Positions 35,379 to 45,885 of a stretch of DNA of 64,000 bases are shown here, piece after piece. The stretch lies in IMG/VR virus record IMGVR_UViG_3300046819_000361. One strand, 5' to 3'. Made by a program: the position numbers and the translations under genes. The notes beneath the pieces were generated by a model. It saw nothing but the letters and a program-made list of their open reading frames with translations, searched no databases and was not told the origin of the DNA. The first letter of the stretch is position 1; each line of letters begins with the position of its first letter. This stretch comes from a virus. Lineage: Duplodnaviria; Caudoviricetes.

Positions 35379-36368
35379 CTAAACGTTTCTACTACGAATT
35401 TTAGCCAAGATTTCAGCAGCACGGCTATCACTTGATTCAGTATTTTCTACTGGCTGTGAAACCGGTACTGATTCTTGCTCTGGTGCTGAATAAGCAACAG
35501 GCGCTGGTTCTACTGGAGTAGAATAGCTTTGCACAGGTGTAGGGATTGCACTAACTGGATCACCCGTAGCTTGACTCATACCGGCTGGTTTAAAGTATTG
35601 ACCCCAACGTTCCATATCATATGCTTCACCATCTACCGAAGCTTCGAACATTTCTTTGATTACACGTAATTCAACTTCAGTTGGTTTCTTTGGTAAGAAA
35701 TCTGTTAAATTGTATAACCCAAATGTTTCGATAGCTGATTGCTCACTTGCATTTAATGGACGAGTACGGCGGCTCCAGTTGGAGGTTGAGTAATCCGCAT
35801 AACCACCTTTACTGCCTTTTTTCAAACGGAAGTCCAAACCATTAATGTAATCGGTTGGTAAGTCTTCTAATTCTGGGTCAACTAACGCTGAACGAATTAG
35901 TGTAAAGATTTGTGGGCCAATAATGAATCTACGGACAGGATTTTCTGGTTTTTCTTTTTCACCAAGACCGTCTTCTGGGACGAAGCCTTGGAAAATATAA
36001 GAGCGTTTTTTCCAGTATTTACGACCTTGTTCTTCAAGAGAAGGATCTTTGAACCATGCACGTACTTCTGATAAGATCGGACAAACTGATCCATCATTAT
36101 ACATTTCTACACAAGGAACTTGTACTGTTACTTCTTTTGATTCCGATTCACCTTTGATTCCAGCGAAAGGCAATTTAATCATTGCACGTTCAACCCAGAA
36201 AAAGGTATTGTTTGAGTCACCATCCGGTAAGAATCGAAATACAGACTCGCTGCCTTCTTTCATATTCCAGAATGGATAAATTGAGTTGTCCCCGAAAGAA
36301 CGGTTGTTGTCAGATCCACGTTGATCTGCTTGTTTTAATTTTGCTCTGATTTCAGCAAGTGTTGCCAT
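35379..36368 (-). CDS. single-stranded DNA-binding protein (T4 gp32-like)
   Basis: FRFLPD, CPI, YWKKRSY, G.DF.LKK..KGGYADYSTS; directly upstream of uvsX. Confidence 0.88.
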   Translation of the reverse strand: MATLAEIRAKLKQADQRGSDNNRSFGDNSIYPFWNMKEGSESVFRFLPDGDSNNTFFWVERAMIKLPFAGIKGESESKEVTVQVPCVEMYNDGSVCPILSEVRAWFKDPSLEEQGRKYWKKRSYIFQGFVPEDGLGEKEKPENPVRRFIIGPQIFTLIRSALVDPELEDLPTDYINGLDFRLKKGSKGGYADYSTSNWSRRTRPLNASEQSAIETFGLYNLTDFLPKKPTEVELRVIKEMFEASVDGEAYDMERWGQYFKPAGMSQATGDPVSAIPTPVQSYSTPVEPAPVAYSAPEQESVPVSQPVENTESSDSRAAEILAKIRSRNV

Positions 36369-36454
36369 GTTAATTCCCTTTAATTTGCCTATATTTGGAC
36401 TTTTGTTTTTGCCTATAGGTTAGACTTCCTGCCTAACCAACTTTGCATATGCGT

Positions 36455-36566
36455 ATTATATGCTATTTTATTTATCTTGTCAAGAAAAATTTTTTTCTTT
36501 TCAAAATTTGTTTCCTAACCAACAACGCATAAGAAGTATTATAGACGATGTTGGTTAGGATGTCAA
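36455..36566 (-). promoter_or_regulatory. tandem consensus sigma70 promoters plus late motif for the SSB/uvsX operon
   Basis: TTGACA-17-TATAAT at 36566-36538 and 36483-36455; GATAAATA inside the second spacer. Confidence 0.8.
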
Positions 36567-36572
36567 GCTTTT

Positions 36573-38078
36573 TTAGTGTCTTGCTAAACTAATGATTCTA
36601 GCTAATGAATCTAGCTCACCAAATTGTACATGTTCTTTCACTGGTTGTTGTGATTGAAAATTTGGAGTTATCGATTGACCAACTGTATTCAATGCTGCTG
36701 ATGGAATACCTTGTTGAGGAGCGGCTGCTGCAGCCGCTGCTTGGTCTCGTGGTGCTCTTATAGCAGCTAATTTAGCGTTATATTCAGCATCATGTGCTGC
36801 GTTGTTTTTTTGAAACTCTGCTTCAGCCGCATCATAATCAGCTTGTGATGCACTCATTTGATTTTGCACTGGTTTTGCAACTGGTTTTGCAACTGATTTG
36901 GCAGCTGGTTGTTTAGCAGTTGCCGGTTTAAACCCAGCTGGTGGTTGAACACCTTGTTTAACTAATGCCTGTAATGTATTAGGACCGATCAATCCATCAA
37001 CTTTTAATCCATTAGCTTGTTGAAATGCTTTAATTGCTGTTGGATTGGTATAGATATCAGCTGGGACTGCAGAGCTTGGTTTTGCATTTTGTACTGGTGT
37101 TGTTGGTTTAGCAGTTGATTGAGCATTCGGGTTCATGATGTTAGCATAACCGCTCTGTGGCTTCATTGCAAATTGTTGAGAAGTTGGTTTAACCGGTGCA
37201 GTAGTCGCTGGTTGTACCGTAGTAGCTTGGTCTAATACACCACCTACACCTGGTGGTAGAGGAGCGGTTGCAGCTGGGTTTACGTGCGGTTGTGGCGTCA
37301 TAAATCCTGGTTTTGTTGCTTCTTCTATGTTATCAATGAAATCACGGAATGCTGCGGTTGTTTCAGCAATTGCTCTGTTCTGTACTTTATCGCTAAATGA
37401 ATGAGTAGTCAATTCCATTATTCGATCCAATGATTCATTAGCTTGTGAAATTTGTTTGTTAGCTTTTTCAGCATAATCTGCACCAAATTCTTGATCATAT
37501 GCCAATGCTTGTTTTGTTGCTGGTCCCATTATACCATCCACTTTAATCTCATAACCTTTTGCACGTAGCTCTTTTTGAAGTTTCTCTACTGCTGGGTCAC
37601 GACGAGAAGCAGATGGTTTTGCACTTTGTTTAGGAGTGGTTGATGCTGGATTTTGTATAGGACTTGATGGTTGAGAAGCGGCAGTTTCTTTATCAGGTAA
37701 TGCATGAGTTGGTAGCGGTAACCATGCAGGATAATCTTGCATAGTTCCATCTCTATCTTTAATTTGGACAGGTGGTTGACCTAATTTGCTTAACTCAAAA
37801 CCCCCGTCAAATGCTGCAGCCACTGCATCTTTCCATGAAGGACCATTGTCACTGGTATTTCTAGTAGGATATGGACCATAAATTCGTTCTTGTTCAGCAC
37901 TTGTCATAGGAGTTAGTCGTTTGGCAAAATCACTTGCACCTTGCTTTTCTAAATCAGCGATTTTATTCATGTATCCAGAATGTCCCGCTATATCTGGGTT
38001 AATTTCTGATAATGTTGCATTATATTCTTGAAGCAATCTTGCTGATTCAATTAATTGTTGTTCTGTAATTTTTTTCAT
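36573..38078 (-). CDS. protein with two peptidoglycan-binding (PG_binding_1-like) domains and low-complexity linkers
   Basis: VEKLQKEL..KGY.IKVDGIMGPATKQAL and IKAFQQANGLKVDGLIGPNTLQAL. Confidence 0.75.
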   Translation of the reverse strand: MKKITEQQLIESARLLQEYNATLSEINPDIAGHSGYMNKIADLEKQGASDFAKRLTPMTSAEQERIYGPYPTRNTSDNGPSWKDAVAAAFDGGFELSKLGQPPVQIKDRDGTMQDYPAWLPLPTHALPDKETAASQPSSPIQNPASTTPKQSAKPSASRRDPAVEKLQKELRAKGYEIKVDGIMGPATKQALAYDQEFGADYAEKANKQISQANESLDRIMELTTHSFSDKVQNRAIAETTAAFRDFIDNIEEATKPGFMTPQPHVNPAATAPLPPGVGGVLDQATTVQPATTAPVKPTSQQFAMKPQSGYANIMNPNAQSTAKPTTPVQNAKPSSAVPADIYTNPTAIKAFQQANGLKVDGLIGPNTLQALVKQGVQPPAGFKPATAKQPAAKSVAKPVAKPVQNQMSASQADYDAAEAEFQKNNAAHDAEYNAKLAAIRAPRDQAAAAAAAPQQGIPSAALNTVGQSITPNFQSQQPVKEHVQFGELDSLARIISLARH

Positions 38079-40111
38079 TATAATAATCCTGCATTTCTTT
38101 TAATAATAGCGAGTTCGCCTTCAGCCAATGGATGCTCTTGCATAACTTTAACATTGTTTAGTAAATCATTTTCACGATCATCAGATTGTTTAACACCAGC
38201 CAATTTTAAGACATTATCCTGCTCTGATGAACTCGGATCTTTCATATCAATCAGTTTCATAACTCGCTTGACATCAGAATCATCCGCATTTGGACAATCA
38301 CCATCATCATATGCTTTTTTAACTTTAATCTTGCAACGAGTTCCACCAATAGTGAAATTTTTCTTTTCTCTGTTCCAAAAGCCAGCGATAATGCTGAGTA
38401 ATTGATCTATGCCAGATTTTTTTGGATCTGTTTCTGGACCTTGATCTTCCTCTTCTGGTTCTGCATAACCACATTCAGCTGGAGATATCCCAAATTCACG
38501 TAATGCATCTGCTATCGTCATACCTTCTGCAAAGGCAGTTTCCAAAGTCGCGCCTGACTCTTTGGCCTGAATAAATTTAGCTTTTACTTTTGCTAATCGA
38601 TTAACACTTTCTGCCATTGGCATCGGTTGCTGTGGAGCACCGGCTGCTGGAGCTGGCATTGGTGCAGGGGCTGGTGCAGGAACTTCTGCAGGGGCTGGGG
38701 TAGCTTCTGGAGCAGGTAATGGTTCTTGATCAGGCACATTTTGACCTCCTACTTCACCTGGGTTTGTTATATACAAGTTTGGTAGATCTTTAATAATTTC
38801 TGGATTATTAGAGTTTAAATAATCACTAATTAAATCACGGATCGCTACATCTTCGGCATCTTTATCATCAAAGTTGATATTAGAAATTGTATCTAAAATA
38901 TGTTGATCTTTAATAATACTTGGATCAATCGCTTCTTTACCGAAATCACCACCTGCCAATTTATTACCTAATAATTCATTGAAGGCTGCTAATTTAGTAC
39001 CAGATGATTGTGAAATATCTTCAATAAATGCTTCAAATACTGATTCTGGATTTAGTGATTTACGAGTGCTTGTTTTTTGTTTATTAGTGGGTTCTGATTT
39101 ACCAAACATTTCAGATATATCGTCTGCACCCAATTCGCGAACTGGTAAGTCTGATTCATCTAACATATTGTACAAATAAGGAAATACCGATTTTAAATCT
39201 TCATTAAATGATCTAACAGTTAATCGATCAACCCAATCATTCATAATAGTTTCTGGGATTTCTTTATCCTCTCTCATTTCAAATGATTCGGCGAATTTTT
39301 CATAGAAAGGTCGTTTTTGTAAATTGATTACTTCTTTTTTAATAGATTCAATTCGTTCAATAACTTTCGAAGTAACTGCTCCCATTGATTCTGAAATTTG
39401 ATCTTGACGTTTTACATAGCCATTGAACTTGCGTAATTGCTGCAATTCTTCACTGAGTCCAGTAATATGTTTACCAATAGCATCATAAGGATTACCACCA
39501 TGATTGATATGTTCAGCTAATGCTCTAGCACCAGGTAAATGTTTAAATGGGTATTTAAACCGTTCCCCACTTGCATTTTCAATGTAAATATCGTTGATAT
39601 GCATAGAACGACCAGCAGCAACATTTTGGTTTACTGGTTGACTATGTTTTACGATTAGTCTAGATTCACCAATTTGTTGATAACTGATACGACTAGTACC
39701 AAACATTTTATTTTCCATAATTGCGGTTTCCTTTGGTTTTGCTTGAAATTGATAGTCACGTTTATCCAAATTGCTTTTACCAATATTTTGAACATCAAAA
39801 TTTAACATTCTTGATTTTGCAAATTTTCTAAATGACCGAATAAATTTATATGCACGAGAATTTGATGATTTTGCATCACTAATATCACCACTCATTTGTA
39901 CAACAATACCGTCTTCTTCATCTAATGTAATGGTTATTGTACCTAATGATTCTTCATTTTCAGTATATTCAAATTCGAAAAATCTAGCATTAGGTATGTC
40001 ACGTTTAGTCGTGATAACTTCTGCATTTTCATCACCGATTTTAATACTCGGGAATCGTGATTGAATTTTTCCATACAAATCTTTAGCAACTTTATCTAAA
40101 TTATTTTCCAT
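38078..40111 (-). CDS. putative virion/head-associated protein
   Basis: 677 aa downstream of terminase; GATAAATA upstream; Pro/Ala linker. Confidence 0.6.
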   Translation of the reverse strand: MENNLDKVAKDLYGKIQSRFPSIKIGDENAEVITTKRDIPNARFFEFEYTENEESLGTITITLDEEDGIVVQMSGDISDAKSSNSRAYKFIRSFRKFAKSRMLNFDVQNIGKSNLDKRDYQFQAKPKETAIMENKMFGTSRISYQQIGESRLIVKHSQPVNQNVAAGRSMHINDIYIENASGERFKYPFKHLPGARALAEHINHGGNPYDAIGKHITGLSEELQQLRKFNGYVKRQDQISESMGAVTSKVIERIESIKKEVINLQKRPFYEKFAESFEMREDKEIPETIMNDWVDRLTVRSFNEDLKSVFPYLYNMLDESDLPVRELGADDISEMFGKSEPTNKQKTSTRKSLNPESVFEAFIEDISQSSGTKLAAFNELLGNKLAGGDFGKEAIDPSIIKDQHILDTISNINFDDKDAEDVAIRDLISDYLNSNNPEIIKDLPNLYITNPGEVGGQNVPDQEPLPAPEATPAPAEVPAPAPAPMPAPAAGAPQQPMPMAESVNRLAKVKAKFIQAKESGATLETAFAEGMTIADALREFGISPAECGYAEPEEEDQGPETDPKKSGIDQLLSIIAGFWNREKKNFTIGGTRCKIKVKKAYDDGDCPNADDSDVKRVMKLIDMKDPSSSEQDNVLKLAGVKQSDDRENDLLNNVKVMQEHPLAEGELAIIKRNAGLL

Positions 40112-40118
40112 GTATTAT

Positions 40119-42692
40119 TTATCCAAAATAAGATGAAACGAAAACAGGTAACGGTGCTTCCCAATCATCATCCATATGTCCATCAATGCTCATCATTTCT
40201 AGAACACCTGGATCCCATTCTGCCAATACAACACTCATTCTAACGATCAATAATAATGCCGAAACTAAATCATCATGTTGTCCTTGTTTTGCTTTAAAAC
40301 TAACACCGGATGCAATAAAGGTTTTAAGTTCACTCAAAAGTGGTCGGCTATTGATTATCATCTTCCCTTCTTCAATTAAAAATTTTAATCGAGCACAAGA
40401 TGAAATTTTGTTCCCAAAGGTTGTATTGAACCCTTTCCTAAATTTTTTAACATGCCCTTTTCTAATTGGTTCGCTTAAGAATAATCCAGGGAAAGTTTCC
40501 TCGCCTAAATTTTCTATAACTACTAGAGCACTATCACCTACATTATTATTCTCAACTGACCAATAAATACTATTAGTATGCTCTATACCTATTTCATCTT
40601 GAATGTATCTGAGTATATCTCGTAATATTTTACATTGACCTTGAATGGGTGTTAAATTATGCTGCCATTCTGCAACCTGTGTTAAGCTTGGTAGTTCAAA
40701 TACTTGTATACCGCCATAATCACCACCCGTGCCTAAACTAGGATCCAAAGATATCAAGTATAAATGCCCGGCGGTTGGTTTTTTATACCAGCGTACTTGT
40801 CCCATTTTTTGGATTGGTTCTCGACCGACTAATTCAGCTAGGACTAAACTACTCACTAATGTTTCATCATAAACCAAGAATTCGCATCCGTATTCACGAC
40901 GAAATCGTTCTTCCCCTATCCTACCCAATTCTTCGACTTTCCATTCTTCATCCCGGTCTGGGTGATCCCACCAATCAGATTTATAGCCAAAAAATCCGTT
41001 TCTACCTTTACCATCGGTACGCTCATTTCCATATGCATCAAATACATCTTTACTTTCTTTCCATATGATAGCAAATTGATCTTCATCCGAATTTGGGGTA
41101 GACGTAATAATAGCACGACCACCGGTGGCTAGTGTAGGCGATATTGAAGTCCAAAATTCGTTTGCTATGTTAGGTTGCACGAATGCAAACTCGTCACAAT
41201 ATAAAAGTGAAATAGACATACCACGACCAGTTGTCCCAGTAGTTGTTTGACTTACAATTCTGGAACCATTATCAAATTCCATAGAACCTTTATTATAACT
41301 AACAACTCCAGCTCTCAGAAAATCAGGACATAATTCATAGCCGTATCGAATACGTTGCATAATCTCTTGTGCACCGGTATATTTGTGTGCTGCTACGAGT
41401 ATAGTTTGATCTGGGTGGAACATTGCATACCATAATAAGTACGCTGATGCACAGGTGGTGTTGTGAGTTGGAATCATTGTTTTACCACATAAGAACATAT
41501 GCTCATGATTATCAACTTGGATACATCTCACCGGTACTGAATTTGTTTTAGTAAGTTTGTTAATGTATAATCTAGTGTTTTTTACATGCCCTTTACATAA
41601 TAGTTGTCTTTCAGCTTTTCGTTTTAACTTAAATACTATATATTTTGTAGTAGAAAATTTCAATGTATAATAATTCACACCATTTATAATTTTACAAGAG
41701 CAGCGTGATTTAATTCCAAGTGATGACAATATTGACCTAACTTGTTCTATTAATTCAAAGTTCTTTTGATAAAATTCACAATTCCCCTTTTTTGTACAGC
41801 TTCCATCAGTATCCATCAATCCGCGAATTAATTCGAGCCGTTGATCAATTGATGAGAACATATAATCATTTGGTATATGTTTATTTTTTAATAGATTGTT
41901 TTCATTCAATAAGGTCCGTAGTCCTATAATGTTTCTACGTTCACTATTATTGCTATTTACGGATGGTTCTGATACGGTATAGCCAGATTCTAATATATAT
42001 TGAATCATTTCTATATTATCTATATTTGATTGAACGTATCTACCATCCCCAGAATACCCATCACCAAGCCACAATCCTAATATATATGGATGAATTGGTA
42101 GTGACTTATAATCGTATTGAACAGGTTCTGTAATATCTATATACAATCCTTGATCTAATGAATGTGTACCTTTATAATCTTTTATTTCCTCAGTAGTAAG
42201 AATTTTTGATTTATTACTCCAATTTGCTGTACTAACTTTCCATAAGTGCTCTGCATCAGCAATAATGGTTTCCCCATTGTCGAATTCTACCGCATAACAT
42301 GTATGGTTATACATGATTTCAGTAGCAAACGTAACAGTAGTAGGTTCTCCGATATTACTTAATATAATATCACCAACTTGAACATCCCCCATAGTTGTCC
42401 ACCCACTTGGTGTTGGGATTGGTGTATTTAAACTTAATGCTTTGCCACTCTGTCGAGGAAGCATGTTTATGTTAAAACGATTATTATGATAACTGCTTAA
42501 TAAGCCAACTTGATAGTCAAATGGCTGGAATAGCAATCGTCCTTTAACAGAATGCTGTATATAGAAAAAGTTTTTTGCAAAGTACAGGTATCCAGATTCT
42601 GGATCCATACATGCGACCATATCTTGTATTTGTTGTTCAGTCCATTGTTGTTTAACATGGGCTTTTTTAGTTAATGTGTTATCTGCTGCCAT
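40119..42692 (-). CDS. terminase large subunit (T4 gp17-like) with intein
   Basis: PRQSGK|TT, LYCDEFAF, ITSTPN, DPS.G.G.D, HDDLV. Confidence 0.93.
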   Translation of the reverse strand: MAADNTLTKKAHVKQQWTEQQIQDMVACMDPESGYLYFAKNFFYIQHSVKGRLLFQPFDYQVGLLSSYHNNRFNINMLPRQSGKALSLNTPIPTPSGWTTMGDVQVGDIILSNIGEPTTVTFATEIMYNHTCYAVEFDNGETIIADAEHLWKVSTANWSNKSKILTTEEIKDYKGTHSLDQGLYIDITEPVQYDYKSLPIHPYILGLWLGDGYSGDGRYVQSNIDNIEMIQYILESGYTVSEPSVNSNNSERRNIIGLRTLLNENNLLKNKHIPNDYMFSSIDQRLELIRGLMDTDGSCTKKGNCEFYQKNFELIEQVRSILSSLGIKSRCSCKIINGVNYYTLKFSTTKYIVFKLKRKAERQLLCKGHVKNTRLYINKLTKTNSVPVRCIQVDNHEHMFLCGKTMIPTHNTTCASAYLLWYAMFHPDQTILVAAHKYTGAQEIMQRIRYGYELCPDFLRAGVVSYNKGSMEFDNGSRIVSQTTTGTTGRGMSISLLYCDEFAFVQPNIANEFWTSISPTLATGGRAIITSTPNSDEDQFAIIWKESKDVFDAYGNERTDGKGRNGFFGYKSDWWDHPDRDEEWKVEELGRIGEERFRREYGCEFLVYDETLVSSLVLAELVGREPIQKMGQVRWYKKPTAGHLYLISLDPSLGTGGDYGGIQVFELPSLTQVAEWQHNLTPIQGQCKILRDILRYIQDEIGIEHTNSIYWSVENNNVGDSALVVIENLGEETFPGLFLSEPIRKGHVKKFRKGFNTTFGNKISSCARLKFLIEEGKMIINSRPLLSELKTFIASGVSFKAKQGQHDDLVSALLLIVRMSVVLAEWDPGVLEMMSIDGHMDDDWEAPLPVFVSSYFG
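41460..42440 (-). mobile_element. Ala1 (class 3-type) intein, 327 aa, with LAGLIDADG endonuclease
   Basis: QSGK|ALSLNTPIP...EHLW...LGLWLGDG...RGLMDTDG...VRCIQV...PTHN|T. Confidence 0.9.
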
Positions 42693-42706
42693 GTTATTAT
42701 TTACAT

Positions 42707-42733
42707 AAAAATAGCCCCAAAGGGGCTATTTTT
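42707..42733. terminator. bidirectional intrinsic terminator
   Basis: AAAAATAGCCCC-aaa-GGGGCTATTTTT. Confidence 0.8.
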
Positions 42734-42750
42734 ATGTTTTGCCAATATTT

Positions 42751-43353
42751 TTATCTTGATTTTACTTCGTTGTATAATTTATACAGATTTGACACTAAAG
42801 TTTCTGCTAATGGATTCCCACCACCATTAACTTTTGGTGCTTCTTCCCCTTTACTGAGTAAATCGTTGCCCATTGCTAACACTGCTGATACACCTAATGT
42901 TCTTTTTGCTGATCCATTTTTCATAGAATTTGCAAAATTATCATCTTCATACTCATCTTCAAGAGACTGATCATCCGATCCTAATACCATTTTATCTGGA
43001 TCGCCATATTGCGGTTCCATTTCTGATTCATCCGTATAATCATCACTACTAATAGTAATAATTTCTGGTTCATCATGACTATCCATATCATCCGAAGAAA
43101 TTCTTAACGGCTCTGGTGAACTTGTTTGAATACTAGATGCTTCTGGTTCATCTTTTTTATCAATATTTCTTAAAATATCCATCAAATCTCGGATACCATT
43201 TGCACCTTGACCGGTAATTGATACGTTCATGTTCAACGAATCTTGTTGTTTAGTTGGTACTGCATTGTCCATACAGCCACATTCAGTAATCTCTGATGAT
43301 TCTGATAATGTGTCCAAACTATAAATTTTTTTGTATAAATCTGTGAAATCCAT
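42751..43353 (-). CDS. acidic hypothetical protein (possible head/scaffold-associated)
   Basis: 200 aa, D/E-rich, in the morphogenesis cluster. Confidence 0.6.
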   Translation of the reverse strand: MDFTDLYKKIYSLDTLSESSEITECGCMDNAVPTKQQDSLNMNVSITGQGANGIRDLMDILRNIDKKDEPEASSIQTSSPEPLRISSDDMDSHDEPEIITISSDDYTDESEMEPQYGDPDKMVLGSDDQSLEDEYEDDNFANSMKNGSAKRTLGVSAVLAMGNDLLSKGEEAPKVNGGGNPLAETLVSNLYKLYNEVKSR

Positions 43354-43363
43354 GTATTTTCCT

Positions 43364-43927
43364 TTATTGTTGAACTATTCGTTCAATTACAGTTAGTCCA
43401 TTATTATTTATTTTATGTATCTTAAATTTCCATTCCGGCTTCTGTATCATGAATTCGATTAAAGCTGTTAATAATCCACCTGACCCACATTCTCCAACTA
43501 ATCCAAATGTATAAGTATCGTGAAATACGATGTATTTTTTAACTTTGTTTGCATGAATATTTAATTCAATTTTTAATTGATCATAGGTATGCATTGTATC
43601 GATGAATAATAAATCGGTTTCTTCAATTTCAAGAGTTCTGGTATCGGCTTGTGTATATTCAACATCTTTACCAAACTTTTTAGCCATATTAAACAAATCA
43701 ACAACTGATTGATTCAATTCTAAATCATATGATCTGAGTATTTTATTTGCAACTAAAAATGCACGAGTGCTAACACCGGTTCTAACACCCATTTCTGTAA
43801 TATGATTGCATTCATTTGCTAATTTAAATAAAATCCACAAATGTTCATTAATATCACTTGGTGTTGTACACGCATTCATATATTCTTTTTCGAAGAATAC
43901 AGCATCTTCTGTTACATAATTTTCCAT
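43364..43927 (-). CDS. class I SAM-dependent methyltransferase (Methyltransf_24-like)
   Basis: EMGVRTGVST, DLLFIDTMHTY, IVFHD. Confidence 0.8.
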   Translation of the reverse strand: MENYVTEDAVFFEKEYMNACTTPSDINEHLWILFKLANECNHITEMGVRTGVSTRAFLVANKILRSYDLELNQSVVDLFNMAKKFGKDVEYTQADTRTLEIEETDLLFIDTMHTYDQLKIELNIHANKVKKYIVFHDTYTFGLVGECGSGGLLTALIEFMIQKPEWKFKIHKINNNGLTVIERIVQQ

Positions 43928-43932
43928 TATTT

Positions 43933-44556
43933 TTATCCTTTTGGTGATGGTAATTTAACTTTCCGTGAACCTATAGGACTATCTGATTTACCAACAGGTT
44001 TTGGTTTATCAGAAATTGTTTTATCTACAGGAACTTTTTTAGCTAAAATTTGATCATTGACACCTTTATACTGTGTGCCTTGATGTTTTTCTTTATTTAG
44101 TTCCTTTAAAAAACGCATTACATGTTTTTCACCAACTAGATCTTGGTTGTTTTCTACTTCATAATCAGTTCCTAAATATGCTTGACCAGTTTTTTGATCA
44201 TGTTCGTGATTAATCTCTTCTTCATTAATGTCATTATCACTTCTTACTTTAATTCCATTTTGAGGAAGATTCAAAGTATCCGAAATTATTCCAGCCAGTT
44301 GTGGAGATGTAATAGGATATCCGAGTGATACTTCATAAGTAGTCACACCAACATTTTTATGCATCGGGAAATCCGGCTGTGTTTCTTGTATCGGGCAACT
44401 TTTTCCTTCAGAAAATGACACAATTTTATATTGTGATAGTGCTTCTTTAAGTTTGGTAACACTATCTGCTTGATGGTCGCCGATTAATTTTACTTTAAAA
44501 ACATAGGTGTTTTTAGATTCTGTTAAGTAGTAGTATTCTTTAAATGATTTATTCAT
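43933..44556 (-). CDS. hypothetical virion protein
   Basis: Starts MNKSFKEY...LTES; GATAAATA upstream. Confidence 0.6.
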   Translation of the reverse strand: MNKSFKEYYYLTESKNTYVFKVKLIGDHQADSVTKLKEALSQYKIVSFSEGKSCPIQETQPDFPMHKNVGVTTYEVSLGYPITSPQLAGIISDTLNLPQNGIKVRSDNDINEEEINHEHDQKTGQAYLGTDYEVENNQDLVGEKHVMRFLKELNKEKHQGTQYKGVNDQILAKKVPVDKTISDKPKPVGKSDSPIGSRKVKLPSPKG

Positions 44557-44590
44557 AATATAATTCCAATCTTGTATTTATCTAAAAATA

Positions 44591-45067
44591 TTATTTCATA
44601 TTCTTCAATTTTTCAAGAAGACTATTACGATCTGCTACAACAAATCCTTCCCCTTGAATGTTAATACCAGGATCTTCCCCTGATGTGTCATTATCCAATT
44701 TCTGTTTTTTAAGTTGAAGTTCGATCATTTTTAACTTTTTGTCTACCTTTGCTGATTTTGCATCAATAGCATTTTTTAACATCGCAGATGCCACTTCAAA
44801 TAATCTAGCAGAATATCTAGCCTCCACATTCATACCAAGATCCATTAGATCGTCGTATGCAGAAGCTGCTTTATCGGCTAATTCATCAAATTCAGAATCG
44901 CTGATATCGCCTAATCCATTTACAAAAGGAAGTGCGGCAGAAATCTTATCAATTTCAGACGGACTTCTAAATGATGTCGGTATGGGTTGTTGCTTTTTTT
45001 CTGTTTTTTCTACTTTTTCTGGCTTGCTTTCAGGCAAGTTTAAAATTTCTTCTAGTTTTCTAGTCAT
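44591..45067 (-). CDS. putative terminase small subunit (gp16-like)
   Basis: Helical ...ARLFEVASAMLKNAIDAK... pattern; size and position. Confidence 0.5.
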   Translation of the reverse strand: MTRKLEEILNLPESKPEKVEKTEKKQQPIPTSFRSPSEIDKISAALPFVNGLGDISDSEFDELADKAASAYDDLMDLGMNVEARYSARLFEVASAMLKNAIDAKSAKVDKKLKMIELQLKKQKLDNDTSGEDPGINIQGEGFVVADRNSLLEKLKNMK

Positions 45068-45078
45068 GATAATTCCTG

Positions 45079-45519
45079 TTATCGTTTTCCACCTTGGTAA
45101 AATATATCATTTTCATTCAACACTCTAAACTTTATGCCTTGTTGTTTACAATACAATTCAGCAGCCTTCCATTTAGCTTGATTTTTAAAATACAGTGCTT
45201 GATTTACTTTGTTTTTTCCAACTTTTTCCAACAATTGTTGACTAGCTGGTTTGATTTCAATTAATTCAACTTGTATTTTATTATTTTTATCTAGATATTG
45301 AATAAAAAAATCAGGAACATATACGGTTTGTTTACCATTGAGTGGATTACGATACGGGATTTTTATTGCTTCACTTGCCCATTTTTGTATACTAGGGCTA
45401 TTATCACAGAAATTCATAAACGAAAATTCCCATGAACTGCGATATGTTGGGATTGTTAACCCAATATATTTCGATGGATTTTTTGGTGTGAACTTCCCTT
45501 TAGCAAAGTTATGGCTCAT
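45079..45519 (-). CDS. head completion nuclease (T4 gp4/TnsA-like)
   Basis: P.NP.KY.G, YRSSWE, WASE, Y.PDF, IEIKP, N.AKW.AA. Confidence 0.88.
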   Translation of the reverse strand: MSHNFAKGKFTPKNPSKYIGLTIPTYRSSWEFSFMNFCDNSPSIQKWASEAIKIPYRNPLNGKQTVYVPDFFIQYLDKNNKIQVELIEIKPASQQLLEKVGKNKVNQALYFKNQAKWKAAELYCKQQGIKFRVLNENDIFYQGGKR

Positions 45520-45884
45520 ATCAATATATTCCTAGACTCAAATTTATTCACAATTGGTGCTACTCTAAATCCAAGTACGCTAGTTTTTTCTCGTGAGGCA
45601 TTTAATACCTGTGCAACAATCTGATTTAATTGAACATTTGTTAAACTCTTCATCGTATCTAGTAACTCAAATACATTAACCCCATCTAATCTAGCTTGAT
45701 TTAATAATACTATCGAAACAGTTCTAGAACTTTCTAAATCAAAATCACGTTTTAAAAAAAATCCAACGGTTGCATCTATTTGATTACTCGGAAACGTAAC
45801 TTGATGTGTAAAAAATTTATCAAAAAAATTTTTTACTGGTACTGAACTGTCTGCACTATTTGATGGTGGTAAATTACTAGCCAT
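45516..45884 (-). CDS. hypothetical protein
   Basis: 122-aa ORF in the tail cluster. Confidence 0.7.
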   Translation of the reverse strand: MASNLPPSNSADSSVPVKNFFDKFFTHQVTFPSNQIDATVGFFLKRDFDLESSRTVSIVLLNQARLDGVNVFELLDTMKSLTNVQLNQIVAQVLNASREKTSVLGFRVAPIVNKFESRNILI

Positions 45885-45885
45885 A

